Positions 38,312-46,578 of a DNA stretch of 64,000 nucleotides are shown piece by piece (the stretch's first letter is position 1; each line of letters begins with the position of its first letter). The translations under genes were made by a program, and so were the position numbers. The notes beneath the pieces are model-generated. The model made no database searches and was not told the DNA's origin. It was given only the letters and a program-made list of their open reading frames with translations. Origin of the DNA: a virus (taxonomy: Duplodnaviria > Caudoviricetes); IMG/VR virus record IMGVR_UViG_2902511754_000003, positions 1-64,000 of that record. One strand, 5' to 3'.

Positions 38312-38967
38312 TAATCCGCTCCTAAAATTCTGCTCTTCGCCACTTCGATCAATAGTTGATACTCGCGTTTGGTTTTCTCGTCATGTACTTTCGCCGATTT
38401 TGCTAAAAACTCATCGACTGTGCCGGTAAAACAACCTCTTGTAACGATTAAGTCATCCTTGCCATTAAACACTGTGAGTGTACCGTTCTCGGTACCGACA
38501 TTACTCGCCCAGAAAATCATTTTTCGCTCGGAAACAATGGCGCAAGAACTAACCCGAGCGTTGCCATATACCCGAGCGTTGCCATATACCCGAGCGTTGC
38601 CATATACCCGAGCGTTGCCATATACCCGAGCGTTGCCATATACCTCAGCGTTGCCACATACCTCAGCGTTGCCATATACCTCAGCGTTGCCATATACCTC
38701 AGCGTTGCCATATACCTCAGCGTTGCCAAATACCCGAGCGTTGCCATATACCCGAGCGTTGCCATATACCTCAGCGTTGCCAAATACCCGAGCGTTGCCA
38801 CATACCCAAGCGTTGCCAGATTGATCTAAATTTTTCTCTGCTTCGATATAGCCGCCAAGTTCGCCGGCAACTACTGCACCAAAAGAGATTAGGGCTTTAA
38901 TGCGATATAGCGTTCTGCCCAAATATTCTTTGGTGTCATCTTTCAACAGTTCGTATTTCTTTTGCAT
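38311..38967 (-). CDS. Hexapeptide (GNAxVY) repeat protein
   Basis: 15 tandem hexapeptides between conserved flanks. Confidence 0.9.
   Translation of the reverse strand: MQKKYELLKDDTKEYLGRTLYRIKALISFGAVVAGELGGYIEAEKNLDQSGNAWVCGNARVFGNAEVYGNARVYGNARVFGNAEVYGNAEVYGNAEVYGNAEVCGNAEVYGNARVYGNARVYGNARVYGNARVYGNARVSSCAIVSERKMIFWASNVGTENGTLTVFNGKDDLIVTRGCFTGTVDEFLAKSAKVHDEKTKREYQLLIEVAKSRILGAD
38548..38817. repeat. 15 x 18-bp tandem repeat
   Basis: Units such as ATATACCCGAGCGTTGCC / ATATACCTCAGCGTTGCC. Confidence 0.97.
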
Positions 38968-39024
38968 TTTGTTTGTCCTATAAAAAAGCCCACGGTTAAG
39001 TGGGCGGTGTGGTTCAGAATGGGA

Positions 39025-39669
39025 TTAGCTCATTTCCTGAATGAGCTGTTGATAATATTCTTGGGCAGCACTAACACGTTCTTTGATTTTGTCGATGATG
39101 GCGTTATCACGTTTGACGGTCACGGTAGTGATCCGTTTGTCTTGCGGAATTTGTTCGACTAAATCAATGTAGCGTTCGGGGCTATCATAACTACTGAGCA
39201 TTTCGTAAGGAGTAGGGAAGAGGACAAAATCAATTTGTGCTTCTTCACAATCCCATAGCCACATATAGCCTTGCATTTGAATGTCATAACCGGCTTTTTT
39301 CGCTTTATCTTCGGCTTCGTCTGTAAAGAACGGGTGAGTGCCAATATCCCACGAGCATTTTGTATCAATAATGAGCTTGCGAGAGGGAACGTAAATATCA
39401 CACTCTCCCGTGATCCATTCATTCTCTCGGCGTTCAGTGTTTTTCTTGAGGGGCAAGCCTCGTTTTCTGCCACTTAATTTAATGGCTTGTTCTTCCAGAA
39501 GATTCCCTTTTTCGGTGTATTTGTTGCCTTCAAAATCTTGATAACCGAACAGATCGAATTTAGCGATCTTTCTGACCGCACTTTTGGCGGTGTCGGAAAG
39601 TCCTTCTCCGCCTCTCTTCTGTGGCATTAAGTCAGCAAGACCTGAACATCTGGCTTTGAATTGGTACAT
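39025..39669 (-). CDS. YqaJ/lambda-exo-like PD-(D/E)xK exonuclease
   Basis: ITGECDI...IIDTKCSW, QMQGYMW. Confidence 0.8.
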   Translation of the reverse strand: MYQFKARCSGLADLMPQKRGGEGLSDTAKSAVRKIAKFDLFGYQDFEGNKYTEKGNLLEEQAIKLSGRKRGLPLKKNTERRENEWITGECDIYVPSRKLIIDTKCSWDIGTHPFFTDEAEDKAKKAGYDIQMQGYMWLWDCEEAQIDFVLFPTPYEMLSSYDSPERYIDLVEQIPQDKRITTVTVKRDNAIIDKIKERVSAAQEYYQQLIQEMS

Positions 39670-39678
39670 CGTTATTCC

Positions 39679-39789
39679 TTATTGTTGAATGTGAGAAATT
39701 TTCCCATCGTAGTCGTGGGTGAGATCCAGTTGATATGCGCTGATAATCACAAACACGGCAAGCACAATTTTTAAACCTTTCTTGAACAT
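39679..39789 (-). CDS. 36-aa membrane peptide with DYDGK motif (not in ORF track)
   Basis: MFKKGLKIVLAVFVIISAYQLDLTHDYDGKISHIQQ; AAGGA RBS; stop overlaps exo RBS. Confidence 0.75.
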   Translation of the reverse strand: MFKKGLKIVLAVFVIISAYQLDLTHDYDGKISHIQQ

Positions 39790-39874
39790 TTTTTCTTCCT
39801 TTTGCTGAAATTTGGGTGCAAGAAACCGCCACACGATTTTCACGGGGAAAAGTGCGGTCGGTTTTGATTAAGTT

Positions 39875-40567
39875 TTAGATTACTTGGTAGTTATTAGATT
39901 TCGGGTTGTAATTCTCGAGGTGTTTTAGCACTCGCCAGTTACTCTCATAGTCGTATTTGAAATCGGCTGTAAGGCGTTTCAGTAGCTTATGAACTTCCCG
40001 AATAGTGTGCTTATATTCGTAGGCTTGTCCGTAGATTGCACCGGAATATTTTGAACCGATAGTTTCCATTGCCGGATAAATCATTCGGCAAGTTTCTGTG
40101 CCTCGTAAGGCGATAAACCATATCCACGGCAGTAGTTGAAGTTCGTACTCGGTAAATTCAAACTTGAATTTCTTTTCCGGCTCGGGCAAGGCGAGTTGTT
40201 TTGGCTGATTTTTCTCAATTAGAATTTTTTCAATTTGTTCATCACACCAAATAGCAAATTCAACATTTAACCAACGAGCAAATGGAACAGCAAGACGACG
40301 GTGTAGCCAAGTGCCTTGTTGAGATAAATCTTTACCACCTTTGATTGTTTTTACGAAGTGGGATTTCCCTACTTTGGCAGCGTTACCAGATTTTCTGGTT
40401 TCGGTCTTTTTGCAAAGGGTTTCAATATATTCTTGAGTTGTCGGTAACGTTAGCCAGTCATTAGGACGTTTATTAAAATGTTTTGCAATAGCCGTTGCAT
40501 TAAGATATGCGTCATCTTGGAAGAAAACTTGAGTGCCGTTGTAATCGGCGGTGATGATATTTGTCAT
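39875..40567 (-). CDS. Antirepressor-like: KilA-N + P22_AR_C-like domain
   Basis: YLNATAIAKHF..RPNDWL, GTWLH..LAVPFARWL. Confidence 0.88.
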   Translation of the reverse strand: MTNIITADYNGTQVFFQDDAYLNATAIAKHFNKRPNDWLTLPTTQEYIETLCKKTETRKSGNAAKVGKSHFVKTIKGGKDLSQQGTWLHRRLAVPFARWLNVEFAIWCDEQIEKILIEKNQPKQLALPEPEKKFKFEFTEYELQLLPWIWFIALRGTETCRMIYPAMETIGSKYSGAIYGQAYEYKHTIREVHKLLKRLTADFKYDYESNWRVLKHLENYNPKSNNYQVI

Positions 40568-40814
40568 TTTGACTCTCCACTTGATATTTTCGATAATTCA
40601 CCATTTTTCGACAAATGGTGCCGAGAGGTTCGAAAGCCTTCAAGTGGTTAGGCTGGACGTATTTCCCTTGCGGGTATTGTATTAGTCGCCCTCTCGACTT
40701 AACGAGATTTCGGCATAAAAAAGACCGCACTTTGGCGATCCGTTTACTACCGCCACTTGAAAAAGGTTTCGACACCTTGGGGCGGATAGTAGTATAAAGT
40801 GTTGGGGTTGTCAA
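40568..40814 (-). ncRNA. C4/CI-like antisense RNA control region, copy 2 (sRNA ~40717-40783)
   Basis: TTGACA-17-TACTAT; same fold as copy 1 with different loop/target motifs. Confidence 0.75.
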
Positions 40815-40815
40815 A

Positions 40816-41613
40816 TTAGACTTCATTTTTATCTAAAATATCAATTAAATTTTTGATGTGGTAAAGCACGATTTTGTCGTCTACCGTGTGAACCATTACA
40901 TCAACAATAAAGAGTTTGTGGTAGGGGTGTTCTCGCATTACCATCGTCTGTTTAAGCTCGTTTGTTTCAAAACTCACTTTAATCGCTTTTTTAGTAAAGG
41001 CTTCGATAATAGCTTTGTCGATCTGTTTATCTGCAGCTGTAACGGCTAATTGCATTACACAACCTTTTTGCAATCCGACAATCGGTTCTTTCATTTCATC
41101 CATTTTCTTGCCGATTAGATGCTGTAATGCATTCGCTTTCATATTGTCGGCTTCAAAGTGAATATGAATACCACCATCAACTTTGATTGAGCCGATAGAA
41201 ATGCTTGCTTTTGGGTCATTTGCAACAGGTTCTAAGGCGTGGCTTAGATGGCGCAATTCGCTTACATTTATATTGTCGGGCTGTGGTCGCTTTCCTTGTA
41301 GCCAGCCGTATGTTTGAGCAAGACGTTCTCCAAACTCAAAAATAGCATTGCTATGTTCAATAAGTGTGTAAGTTGCGGCAACATAAGTTCCTAACTCGAC
41401 AATAATGCTACCTTTGGTAATTTGTGTAACGTAGATGTTACTATCACAAGGTTGTAAATTTTGTTCTGGTGTAGAGTTTTGAATAAAGCGTGAATATTCT
41501 TTTGAAATGCCATCTAAACTTTGACATAAGGTGGATAACTCCACTGGTTTATCATTATGTAAGTAAATTTGTAATTTCATATTCTCATCGATTACTGTAA
41601 ATGGTTCTGTCAT
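40816..41613 (-). CDS. Hypothetical 265-aa moron protein
   Basis: GAGG RBS at MTEPF, own promoter/leader. Confidence 0.8.
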   Translation of the reverse strand: MTEPFTVIDENMKLQIYLHNDKPVELSTLCQSLDGISKEYSRFIQNSTPEQNLQPCDSNIYVTQITKGSIIVELGTYVAATYTLIEHSNAIFEFGERLAQTYGWLQGKRPQPDNINVSELRHLSHALEPVANDPKASISIGSIKVDGGIHIHFEADNMKANALQHLIGKKMDEMKEPIVGLQKGCVMQLAVTAADKQIDKAIIEAFTKKAIKVSFETNELKQTMVMREHPYHKLFIVDVMVHTVDDKIVLYHIKNLIDILDKNEV

Positions 41614-41635
41614 AACACGCCTCAAAATTCAGATA

Positions 41636-41716
41636 CAAAAAAAGCCACTTAATTGTGGCTTGCCGACTTTCTGTTGAAAGTAGGCATAGTCTAGAATAAA
41701 GGGCGGTGGGTGTCAA
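41636..41716 (-). ncRNA. Promoter + ~50-nt two-hairpin leader/sRNA, copy B
   Basis: TTGACA-17-TAGACT; ACTTTC-AACA-GAAAGT and AAGCCAC/GTGGCTT + T run. Confidence 0.6.
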
Positions 41717-41720
41717 ATGT

Positions 41721-42131
41721 TTAGATTAGTGATTGTCGAATAATTAGCTCTTGGTGTGCTGAAATATCGTCTGATTGCAATGCACATTGTTGAATATATT
41801 TTAGATGTTCATTAACTAATATTCCACAATGAAATAATTCAGAATTACCTATTCGATTGCCCAATTCATTTTTATCAAGTTCATAAAATTCATCAAAACA
41901 AATCCAAGTATTTTTACTCAGTATAGGGTTACTATTTTGTGGCAAAAAGAATGCTTGATGCGTATTTAACTGACAACCATATTCAAGGGTATATCTCCAC
42001 CCCTTTGAAGTGGTTTTAGCTACAATCAATTTTTGTGATGTCATACCCAAAATAATTAGGTATTTATCACGCTCTCCGCCATCATTAAACTTGAATTTAG
42101 GATGAAATAAGATTGAACCCAACTGAAGCAT
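41721..42131 (-). CDS. Putative PemK/MazF-like toxin
   Basis: GSILF..F.F.DG..RDKYLIILG......VAKTTS; coupled to Panacea gene. Confidence 0.6.
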   Translation of the reverse strand: MLQLGSILFHPKFKFNDGGERDKYLIILGMTSQKLIVAKTTSKGWRYTLEYGCQLNTHQAFFLPQNSNPILSKNTWICFDEFYELDKNELGNRIGNSELFHCGILVNEHLKYIQQCALQSDDISAHQELIIRQSLI

Positions 42132-42688
42132 TACTTTAACACCTCAAGCAGTGCTAGACGTTCAATACTGTCCTTGTGCATTGACTCCCTATTTTGGCTT
42201 GGTAATGCTAACTCATAAGGAATTATTTCTTTCTTTTTGCCTTCAACTTCATAGATTTGATGCCACGGTAAACGTTCAAGGTGGGTTGCTTCGATCATAT
42301 CATCAGCAAATGCATTTTTATATTGCTGTGCTAATGTATTAAGTATTTTTAATTCTCGTTTAGAAAAATGGGTTTGATCAAATTCAGACAAGGCATTAAA
42401 TTTCAGCATTTCTTGTCTTCCTTTACGGATGGGAATTTGTTCAATTTTGATTTTAGCTAGAAAATCGGCTTCTGGCTGTTTAATTTCTTCATGTAAATCG
42501 ACAGGTACAGGTCCCATTTTCCAAGCAGAATAATCAAGCCCTGTTACGGAACGCCCTACTTGTTTGTAATGCTCAAAATCAAGGAAATAAAGCAACTTAA
42601 AGAGCTTTATTTTCCCTAACTTTTCAACATTTTGAGAAAAAAAAGTAATTACTTGTAACAATTTTTCTCTATTGTGAGTGATGAGCAT
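42131..42688 (-). CDS. Panacea/DUF4065 (SocA/GepA-like) antitoxin
   Basis: KIKLFKLLYFLDFEHY...TGLDYSAWKMGPVP; TH.E.PW. Confidence 0.88.
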   Translation of the reverse strand: MLITHNREKLLQVITFFSQNVEKLGKIKLFKLLYFLDFEHYKQVGRSVTGLDYSAWKMGPVPVDLHEEIKQPEADFLAKIKIEQIPIRKGRQEMLKFNALSEFDQTHFSKRELKILNTLAQQYKNAFADDMIEATHLERLPWHQIYEVEGKKKEIIPYELALPSQNRESMHKDSIERLALLEVLK

Positions 42689-42763
42689 TGATTTTCCTCT
42701 TTTGACTAGTGTGGTTATAGTACTTAATTTTTAATTTTAAATAAAGAATAAGAATTTCTGACG

Positions 42764-43702
42764 TTATAGTTTCTCCAACTTCTCCAATTCGTCATACTGT
42801 TCTTTGCTGAACTCATACATCCCACTATCACACAATTCTTGTAGTGTGGTTTCACCGTTGATGATGTTTTGTTTGCATTGTTCAAAGGTTTCCTCATCAA
42901 CAACTGTAATGATGTTATCCTCTTCTTTTTTGCCGCCCTCTTGCTTGTCCATTTCATCAATGCGGTATTTGTCGTTTCCATTTTCAATTTCAACCGCTCT
43001 TGCGATTTGTTCCTGACGTTCTTCCATTGGCATTTTACTGAGAACATATTTAATGGCTTTCCCAATGTACATTTCCAAATTCCACAAGGTGTAAGGCGAA
43101 TAGCTGCCATTTTTCTTGCTTGGGCTGACTCCGGCAATTTGTAGGATTTTGCCAAAACTCACAAAGCGGTGAGAAATTTCATTGTTTTCTTTTGTGGAAA
43201 CCAAAACGCCACGGAGATGACCTTCAACCCAAGCCGGTTCATAATCTTTTTGGTTATCAACATCAGGGATATGTTTGACGACAGTGTCAAATCCATCGCT
43301 TACCATTTCAAATTGATCGCAGTCAAAAATAGGTGTCGCACGTAAATTAATGCCGGCACGTTTGGCTAATAATTGCCATCCTTTGTAGCCAATCTGAAAT
43401 TCGGCATCTTTTTTGTACTTAACGATATAAGCAAGCCCCATATTTTTATTGAGTGGCAAGTCTAATTCTGCCGCTTGTAAACCGGACTTCACAATGCTTT
43501 CAGGGGTACAATAGACAAGCGAATCATCAAGCGCCACATTGAGTAATGTGGCTGCAAATTTCTCTTTCTTGTTTGGATCTGAGAGCAAACTTTTAATTCG
43601 GCTTTGGATACCTGCACTACCAATATAATGTTTGATATCGACTTTTCGTTGTTCTATCGGCGTTAGTTTTTTTTCTTTGCTTTCTGTTTTGTTATCTGTC
43701 AT
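42764..43702 (-). CDS. recT: RecT-family single-strand annealing protein
   Basis: QAAELDLPL...AYIVKY...FQIGYKG. Confidence 0.85.
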   Translation of the reverse strand: MTDNKTESKEKKLTPIEQRKVDIKHYIGSAGIQSRIKSLLSDPNKKEKFAATLLNVALDDSLVYCTPESIVKSGLQAAELDLPLNKNMGLAYIVKYKKDAEFQIGYKGWQLLAKRAGINLRATPIFDCDQFEMVSDGFDTVVKHIPDVDNQKDYEPAWVEGHLRGVLVSTKENNEISHRFVSFGKILQIAGVSPSKKNGSYSPYTLWNLEMYIGKAIKYVLSKMPMEERQEQIARAVEIENGNDKYRIDEMDKQEGGKKEEDNIITVVDEETFEQCKQNIINGETTLQELCDSGMYEFSKEQYDELEKLEKL

Positions 43703-43714
43703 TTTTCACCTCAC

Positions 43715-44008
43715 TTAATCAGGGGCATACTCATTCATTCGTTTATCTAGACGTTGCTTTGCTACATAAGCAATAGCTCGCTCTCGCACTTCGGTGAGCT
43801 TATAAAAAGCACCGGAACCGATAGCTAAATCGTGCAATGCTAACTCTTCATCGTTGTAGGCAATGTATTCATTAATCGCATAAATAACGTTTTCATCTTC
43901 ATTTTCAGCATCGGCTTTGATGGCTTCTATTTCTTGTTCGAGGGCAATTTCATAGCCGGCGAGGTTGTCTAGGTGTTCTTGATGGGCTGTGGCGAGAAAA
44001 GGTTTCAT
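43715..44008 (-). CDS. Hypothetical acidic phage protein
   Basis: ATGA-coupled ORF. Confidence 0.7.
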   Translation of the reverse strand: MKPFLATAHQEHLDNLAGYEIALEQEIEAIKADAENEDENVIYAINEYIAYNDEELALHDLAIGSGAFYKLTEVRERAIAYVAKQRLDKRMNEYAPD

Positions 44009-44490
44009 TTTGCTTGCTCCTGTGTGGCTTTTACCATTTCTGCCAACATTGCGAACATTGCCGGTTCAAGTACAATGGTGCGTGCGCTTGCACGGCGGTC
44101 TAAATGTAGGCGGATGTTGCCGTGTTTATCCACTAAATAACCGGTTAATCCATAAGGCGTGAAAGGCTTGCGATGTGGTTTTCGTGCCGGTTTTTGCAGC
44201 GTGGCTGGCTTCGGTGTTGTTCCTGTTAATTCAATTTTGGGTGATTCGGGTTTAACAGGTTTTGGTTCAATTTTTTTCATATTCGTCTTTCCTTTTTCAT
44301 AATGCGGAATTTTTGTACTATTTAATAAATTGAATGAATCAATTCGTTTGTTTAAGGCGTTAATCGCAACCATTTCGTTCATAAGAGGATAAGTGCGAAT
44401 TTCCCGTTTATTATTTACCCAGAGTTCACCGTGATATTTTTTCGAATCAGCATTAAAAAGAACGTGCATTTTGTAACTTTCAACTTTCAT
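44005..44490 (-). CDS. Hypothetical phage protein
   Basis: ATGA-coupled ORF. Confidence 0.7.
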   Translation of the reverse strand: MKVESYKMHVLFNADSKKYHGELWVNNKREIRTYPLMNEMVAINALNKRIDSFNLLNSTKIPHYEKGKTNMKKIEPKPVKPESPKIELTGTTPKPATLQKPARKPHRKPFTPYGLTGYLVDKHGNIRLHLDRRASARTIVLEPAMFAMLAEMVKATQEQAK

Positions 44491-44894
44491 TTTTTAGCCC
44501 TCAAAGTGCGGTCAATTTCCGCTTGTTTTTGAGCGGTATAAATTCGCAGTTCTTGTTCTGCTTGTGGGGTTAAATTAGGCGGTAAGCAAAGCCCGTTTTC
44601 ATACACACCGCCTTTCAGTTCGCAACGGGTTTCAAGGCTGATTTGTTCGCTGACTTCGTTATTGTGCCAGTCGGTTGGGTTGCCCCACGCTTGAGAGACA
44701 CTAAAAATGGCAATCACTACGATTGCGGTGGCGAGTAAAACAAGTGCGCCTTTGCCAAGAAAGGCGAGAAATTCAAAGATTGATTTGTGCATAATGGTGT
44801 CCTTTTTCGGTGGCTCGTTAAGAAATACGGTGCGAGAGCGCATTGCGGTTTGGTTTCGTTGTTGCCGCTTACGGCGTTTTTGTCGTTTGTTCAT
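44487..44894 (-). CDS. Hypothetical membrane-anchored protein
   Basis: Basic N-terminus, one TM segment, CELKGG...C. Confidence 0.7.
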   Translation of the reverse strand: MNKRQKRRKRQQRNQTAMRSRTVFLNEPPKKDTIMHKSIFEFLAFLGKGALVLLATAIVVIAIFSVSQAWGNPTDWHNNEVSEQISLETRCELKGGVYENGLCLPPNLTPQAEQELRIYTAQKQAEIDRTLRAKK

Positions 44895-44988
44895 TTTGTT
44901 TCCTTTTTAATCAATTTACTGAATTTAGGGTGCAAGAAACCGCCACACGATTTTCACGGGGAAAAGTGCGGTCGGTTTTGGTTGAGTT

Positions 44989-45630
44989 TTAGAAATTTAT
45001 TTTGATCGCTTTTAAATCAAATTGGCGTAAGTGTTTTAGTACTCGCCAATTCGTCATTGGATCAATGTCAAAACTTGCGGTTAGTCGGTTTAAGATTTGG
45101 TTGGTTGAGCGTAGCACGCTTAAATATTCGTAAGCCTGTCCGTAAATTTGTCCGCTCATATTTGAACCTAAAACATCAAAGGCTTTTTCAATGTGTTGGA
45201 ATGTGCCTACGCCACGTTTGAAAGCAAACCAGAGCCAAGCAAGTTCTTGAAGCTCATACTCGGTAAATTCAAAGGTGAATTTCTTTTCAGGTTCGGGTAA
45301 AGCAAGTTGTTTCGGTGGCTCAATCTGATTTAAGAACGCTCTGAGGACGACAAGGTGAAAAGCAGGGCTTATCCATGCAGCGTAGGCGATAACGAGTTCT
45401 TTACAGGCGTATGTGCCACCTTGTGAACCTCGAATTATTTTAAATGTACAGATCTGTACATTTGAATTTTCACTCTCAATTGCTGAAATAAGATCTTTTG
45501 TTTGATCTAAGCGAAGAAAATGAGAGGGGCGATGTTTTTCAGCTCCGCCACTAAGAGAGTGAAGATCATTTAAAGCGTAAAGGTTATCAAGAGTGCGGAT
45601 TGAAGTGTTAAGAATAGTTAGATTTGACAT
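44989..45630 (-). CDS. Antirepressor-like: KilA-N + P22_AR_C-like domain
   Basis: YALNDLH...KHRPSHFLR, GTYACKELVIAYAAWISP. Confidence 0.88.
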   Translation of the reverse strand: MSNLTILNTSIRTLDNLYALNDLHSLSGGAEKHRPSHFLRLDQTKDLISAIESENSNVQICTFKIIRGSQGGTYACKELVIAYAAWISPAFHLVVLRAFLNQIEPPKQLALPEPEKKFTFEFTEYELQELAWLWFAFKRGVGTFQHIEKAFDVLGSNMSGQIYGQAYEYLSVLRSTNQILNRLTASFDIDPMTNWRVLKHLRQFDLKAIKINF

Positions 45631-45898
45631 ACTTTGTTCCTTCTACGAAAAGAAATGGTGATCGAGTGGTTCGTAGGCTGAACAAAGACAGCTGGACGTA
45701 TTTCCCGAAGGTATTGTATTAGTCGCCCACTCGATCATAGATTGTAAATTACCTTTTTGTACAAAAATTGTGGGAAAGAGAAAAGAGATCACAAATTTTG
45801 GACACAAAAAAATCACGCTGACGGGGTGAATTACCGCTTTGTTTATAAGGCTACGACACCTTGGAATAAATCCTACCCTTGAACGTTGGGATTGTCAA
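45631..45898 (-). ncRNA. C4/CI-like antisense RNA control region, copy 3 (sRNA ~45806-45864)
   Basis: TTGACA-17-TAGGAT; same fold, third motif pair. Confidence 0.72.
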
Positions 45899-45911
45899 GG
45901 GTAGGGCGAGA

Positions 45912-46373
45912 TTATGCCCGCTCCATTCCTGCGTAGGAACCAGCAAATAGCTCTTTCTGTGCTGCAACCGCTAAGAAGTGGCTGCGATCGCGATAGAGTG
46001 AATTATTGGCAACACGGTTATCAATGTTGTGGAGTAGATATTGCGGAATGCTGATATTGATTCGTTGTTTTTTTCCGAAAAATTCAGACACATCAATATC
46101 AACTAATAACCAAGTGTCGCAATACTCATAATCTTCGTGTTTTTGATATTCGGCAAAACCGAGATCTTTGATTGTAGAAAAATCAAAGCCTGTTTCTGCC
46201 ATATCTTCAAGAACAAGGTGAATAGCGTCCGTTACCATTGGCAAAATATCTTCAATTTTGTCAGCGGCACTAATGCAGTGGTAAAGGTCGTTAGACAATG
46301 CGGGAACATAAAGCCCGATTGCGGTTTTATCATCTTTCGGCATTTCAACGCCGATAGTAAATAACATAAGCAA
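45912..46373 (-). CDS. hicB: HicB antitoxin
   Basis: Partial RNase H fold N-terminus + RINISIP ribbon-helix-helix. Confidence 0.88.
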   Translation of the reverse strand: MLMLFTIGVEMPKDDKTAIGLYVPALSNDLYHCISAADKIEDILPMVTDAIHLVLEDMAETGFDFSTIKDLGFAEYQKHEDYEYCDTWLLVDIDVSEFFGKKQRINISIPQYLLHNIDNRVANNSLYRDRSHFLAVAAQKELFAGSYAGMERA

Positions 46374-46395
46374 GCTCCTTGTTAGCTCGGCGGAG

Positions 46396-46578
46396 CTAAA
46401 GCCCCGCCGATTTTTTGATGGATTTTAAAGTTCCGATGGCTAAATCCTTTTTCGGGTGGGGAACTGGAAAGGTTTTTCCGGTTTTAGGCGAGTACCAAAT
46501 TTGATGATCGCCTTTTCCCATTCGTTTGAGATAACAGCCGTGAGCTTTAAGCTCCGAGATTAAGTCAGCTGAGTGCAT
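46396..46578 (-). CDS. hicA: HicA toxin
   Basis: KGDHQIW...VPHPKKDLAIGTLKSI; promoter TTGAAA-17-TATAAT upstream. Confidence 0.92.
   Translation of the reverse strand: MHSADLISELKAHGCYLKRMGKGDHQIWYSPKTGKTFPVPHPKKDLAIGTLKSIKKSAGL

Noticed and set aside
38369-38824. Long alternative-frame ORFs over the 18-bp repeat (38369-38824 +, 38517-38801 -)
   Set aside because: Stop-free frames produced by the tandem repeat; no RBS or flanking conservation.
35745-45898. Repeats considered as a CRISPR array, DGR template/variable repeat or invertible system
   Set aside because: Spacing is kilobases; no cas, reverse transcriptase or invertase; differences between the 390-bp copies are not adenine-specific.
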